Assembly: GCA_973895155.1 (NCBI GenBank)
Contig: OZ316896.1
Coordinates: forward strand, 8,267,539-8,331,538
From: Marsupella aquatica
Taxonomy: Eukaryota; Plantae; Marchantiophyta
Length of the DNA stretch: 64,000 nt
Direction of reading: 5' to 3'
The position numbers were made by a program, and so were the translations under genes. Under the pieces are notes generated by a model, which was not told the DNA's origin, ran no database searches, and was given only the letters and a program-made list of their open reading frames with translations. This document shows, one piece after another, positions 63,701-64,000 of this stretch; the stretch's first letter is position 1, and every line of letters starts with the position of its first letter.

Positions 63701-64000
63701 GAATCCTAGGTGTCAAAACTTGGCTTTGTTTTGGTAAATTTGTGGTGATACATGATGGAATGACACTGACCATTTATCGTGGGCTTGTTTGTACACGGAA
63801 AAGCCTGCATCTTTTTTCCGTACTTATATAGAGATGCCCAGCATATTGCTTGCCTAGCTAAGCTGTTGCTCTTTTTTAGCATGAAGACCTTGTCTTGTTT
63901 GCAGCAAGTGAAGGATCCTCTGAAGCTGTTCGTATCAACAATAAACTCTGCAGGCTCCTCTATTACCCTGGACGACGGCCATGAGCAGGTGCCACACCCC
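60727..64000 (+). CDS. 5' part of a multi-exon gene for a predicted plastid-targeted protein of unknown function; likely exons include 60727-61086, ~61558-61772, ~62789-62892, ~63507-63591, ~63905-63988
   Basis: Ser/Arg-rich transit-peptide-like N-terminus (..FLRLRCSS..KKGFG), GT-AG bounded open segments (KLGKVDFVRVQNWG, RQIKALRFYRDYPP, QVKDPLKLFVSTIN); the exon model is incomplete and the family is not recognised. Confidence 0.6.

Overview
Eukaryotic land-plant genomic DNA with spliceosomal introns. A non-seed plant such as a liverwort is likely, but that is inferred from gene and LINE style only. The left ~41 kb is dominated by transposons. (1) The 5' end of a Copia LTR element on the minus strand (1-2113). 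(2) A complete 9.9-kb CACTA/EnSpm DNA transposon (2298-12184, CACTA TIRs, CTT TSD) carrying a spliced transposase, a divergently oriented ORF2 and, unexpectedly, a full SET-domain (lysine methyltransferase-like) exon inside the predicted first intron of the transposase gene. (3) An intact 11-exon ABCB (P-glycoprotein) gene (18774-27064). (4) An L1-type LINE (29212-41417, 20-bp TSD) whose ORF1 was hit by a full-length Copia (30157-37069, TSD CACCA) and by a non-autonomous TIR element with CCC ends and an 8-bp TSD (37340-38635). The right part holds a kanadaptin-like FHA gene, a SELENOF/Sep15-like gene, an orphan Harbinger-type Myb/SANT-like gene, a 586-bp TRIM-like LTR element and the 5' part of a predicted plastid-targeted protein gene. 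The best candidate for a new system is the SET-domain-carrying CACTA element, where one zinc-binding first exon can splice in frame to either the SET exon or the transposase exon. All coordinates were read by hand and no database searches were run.
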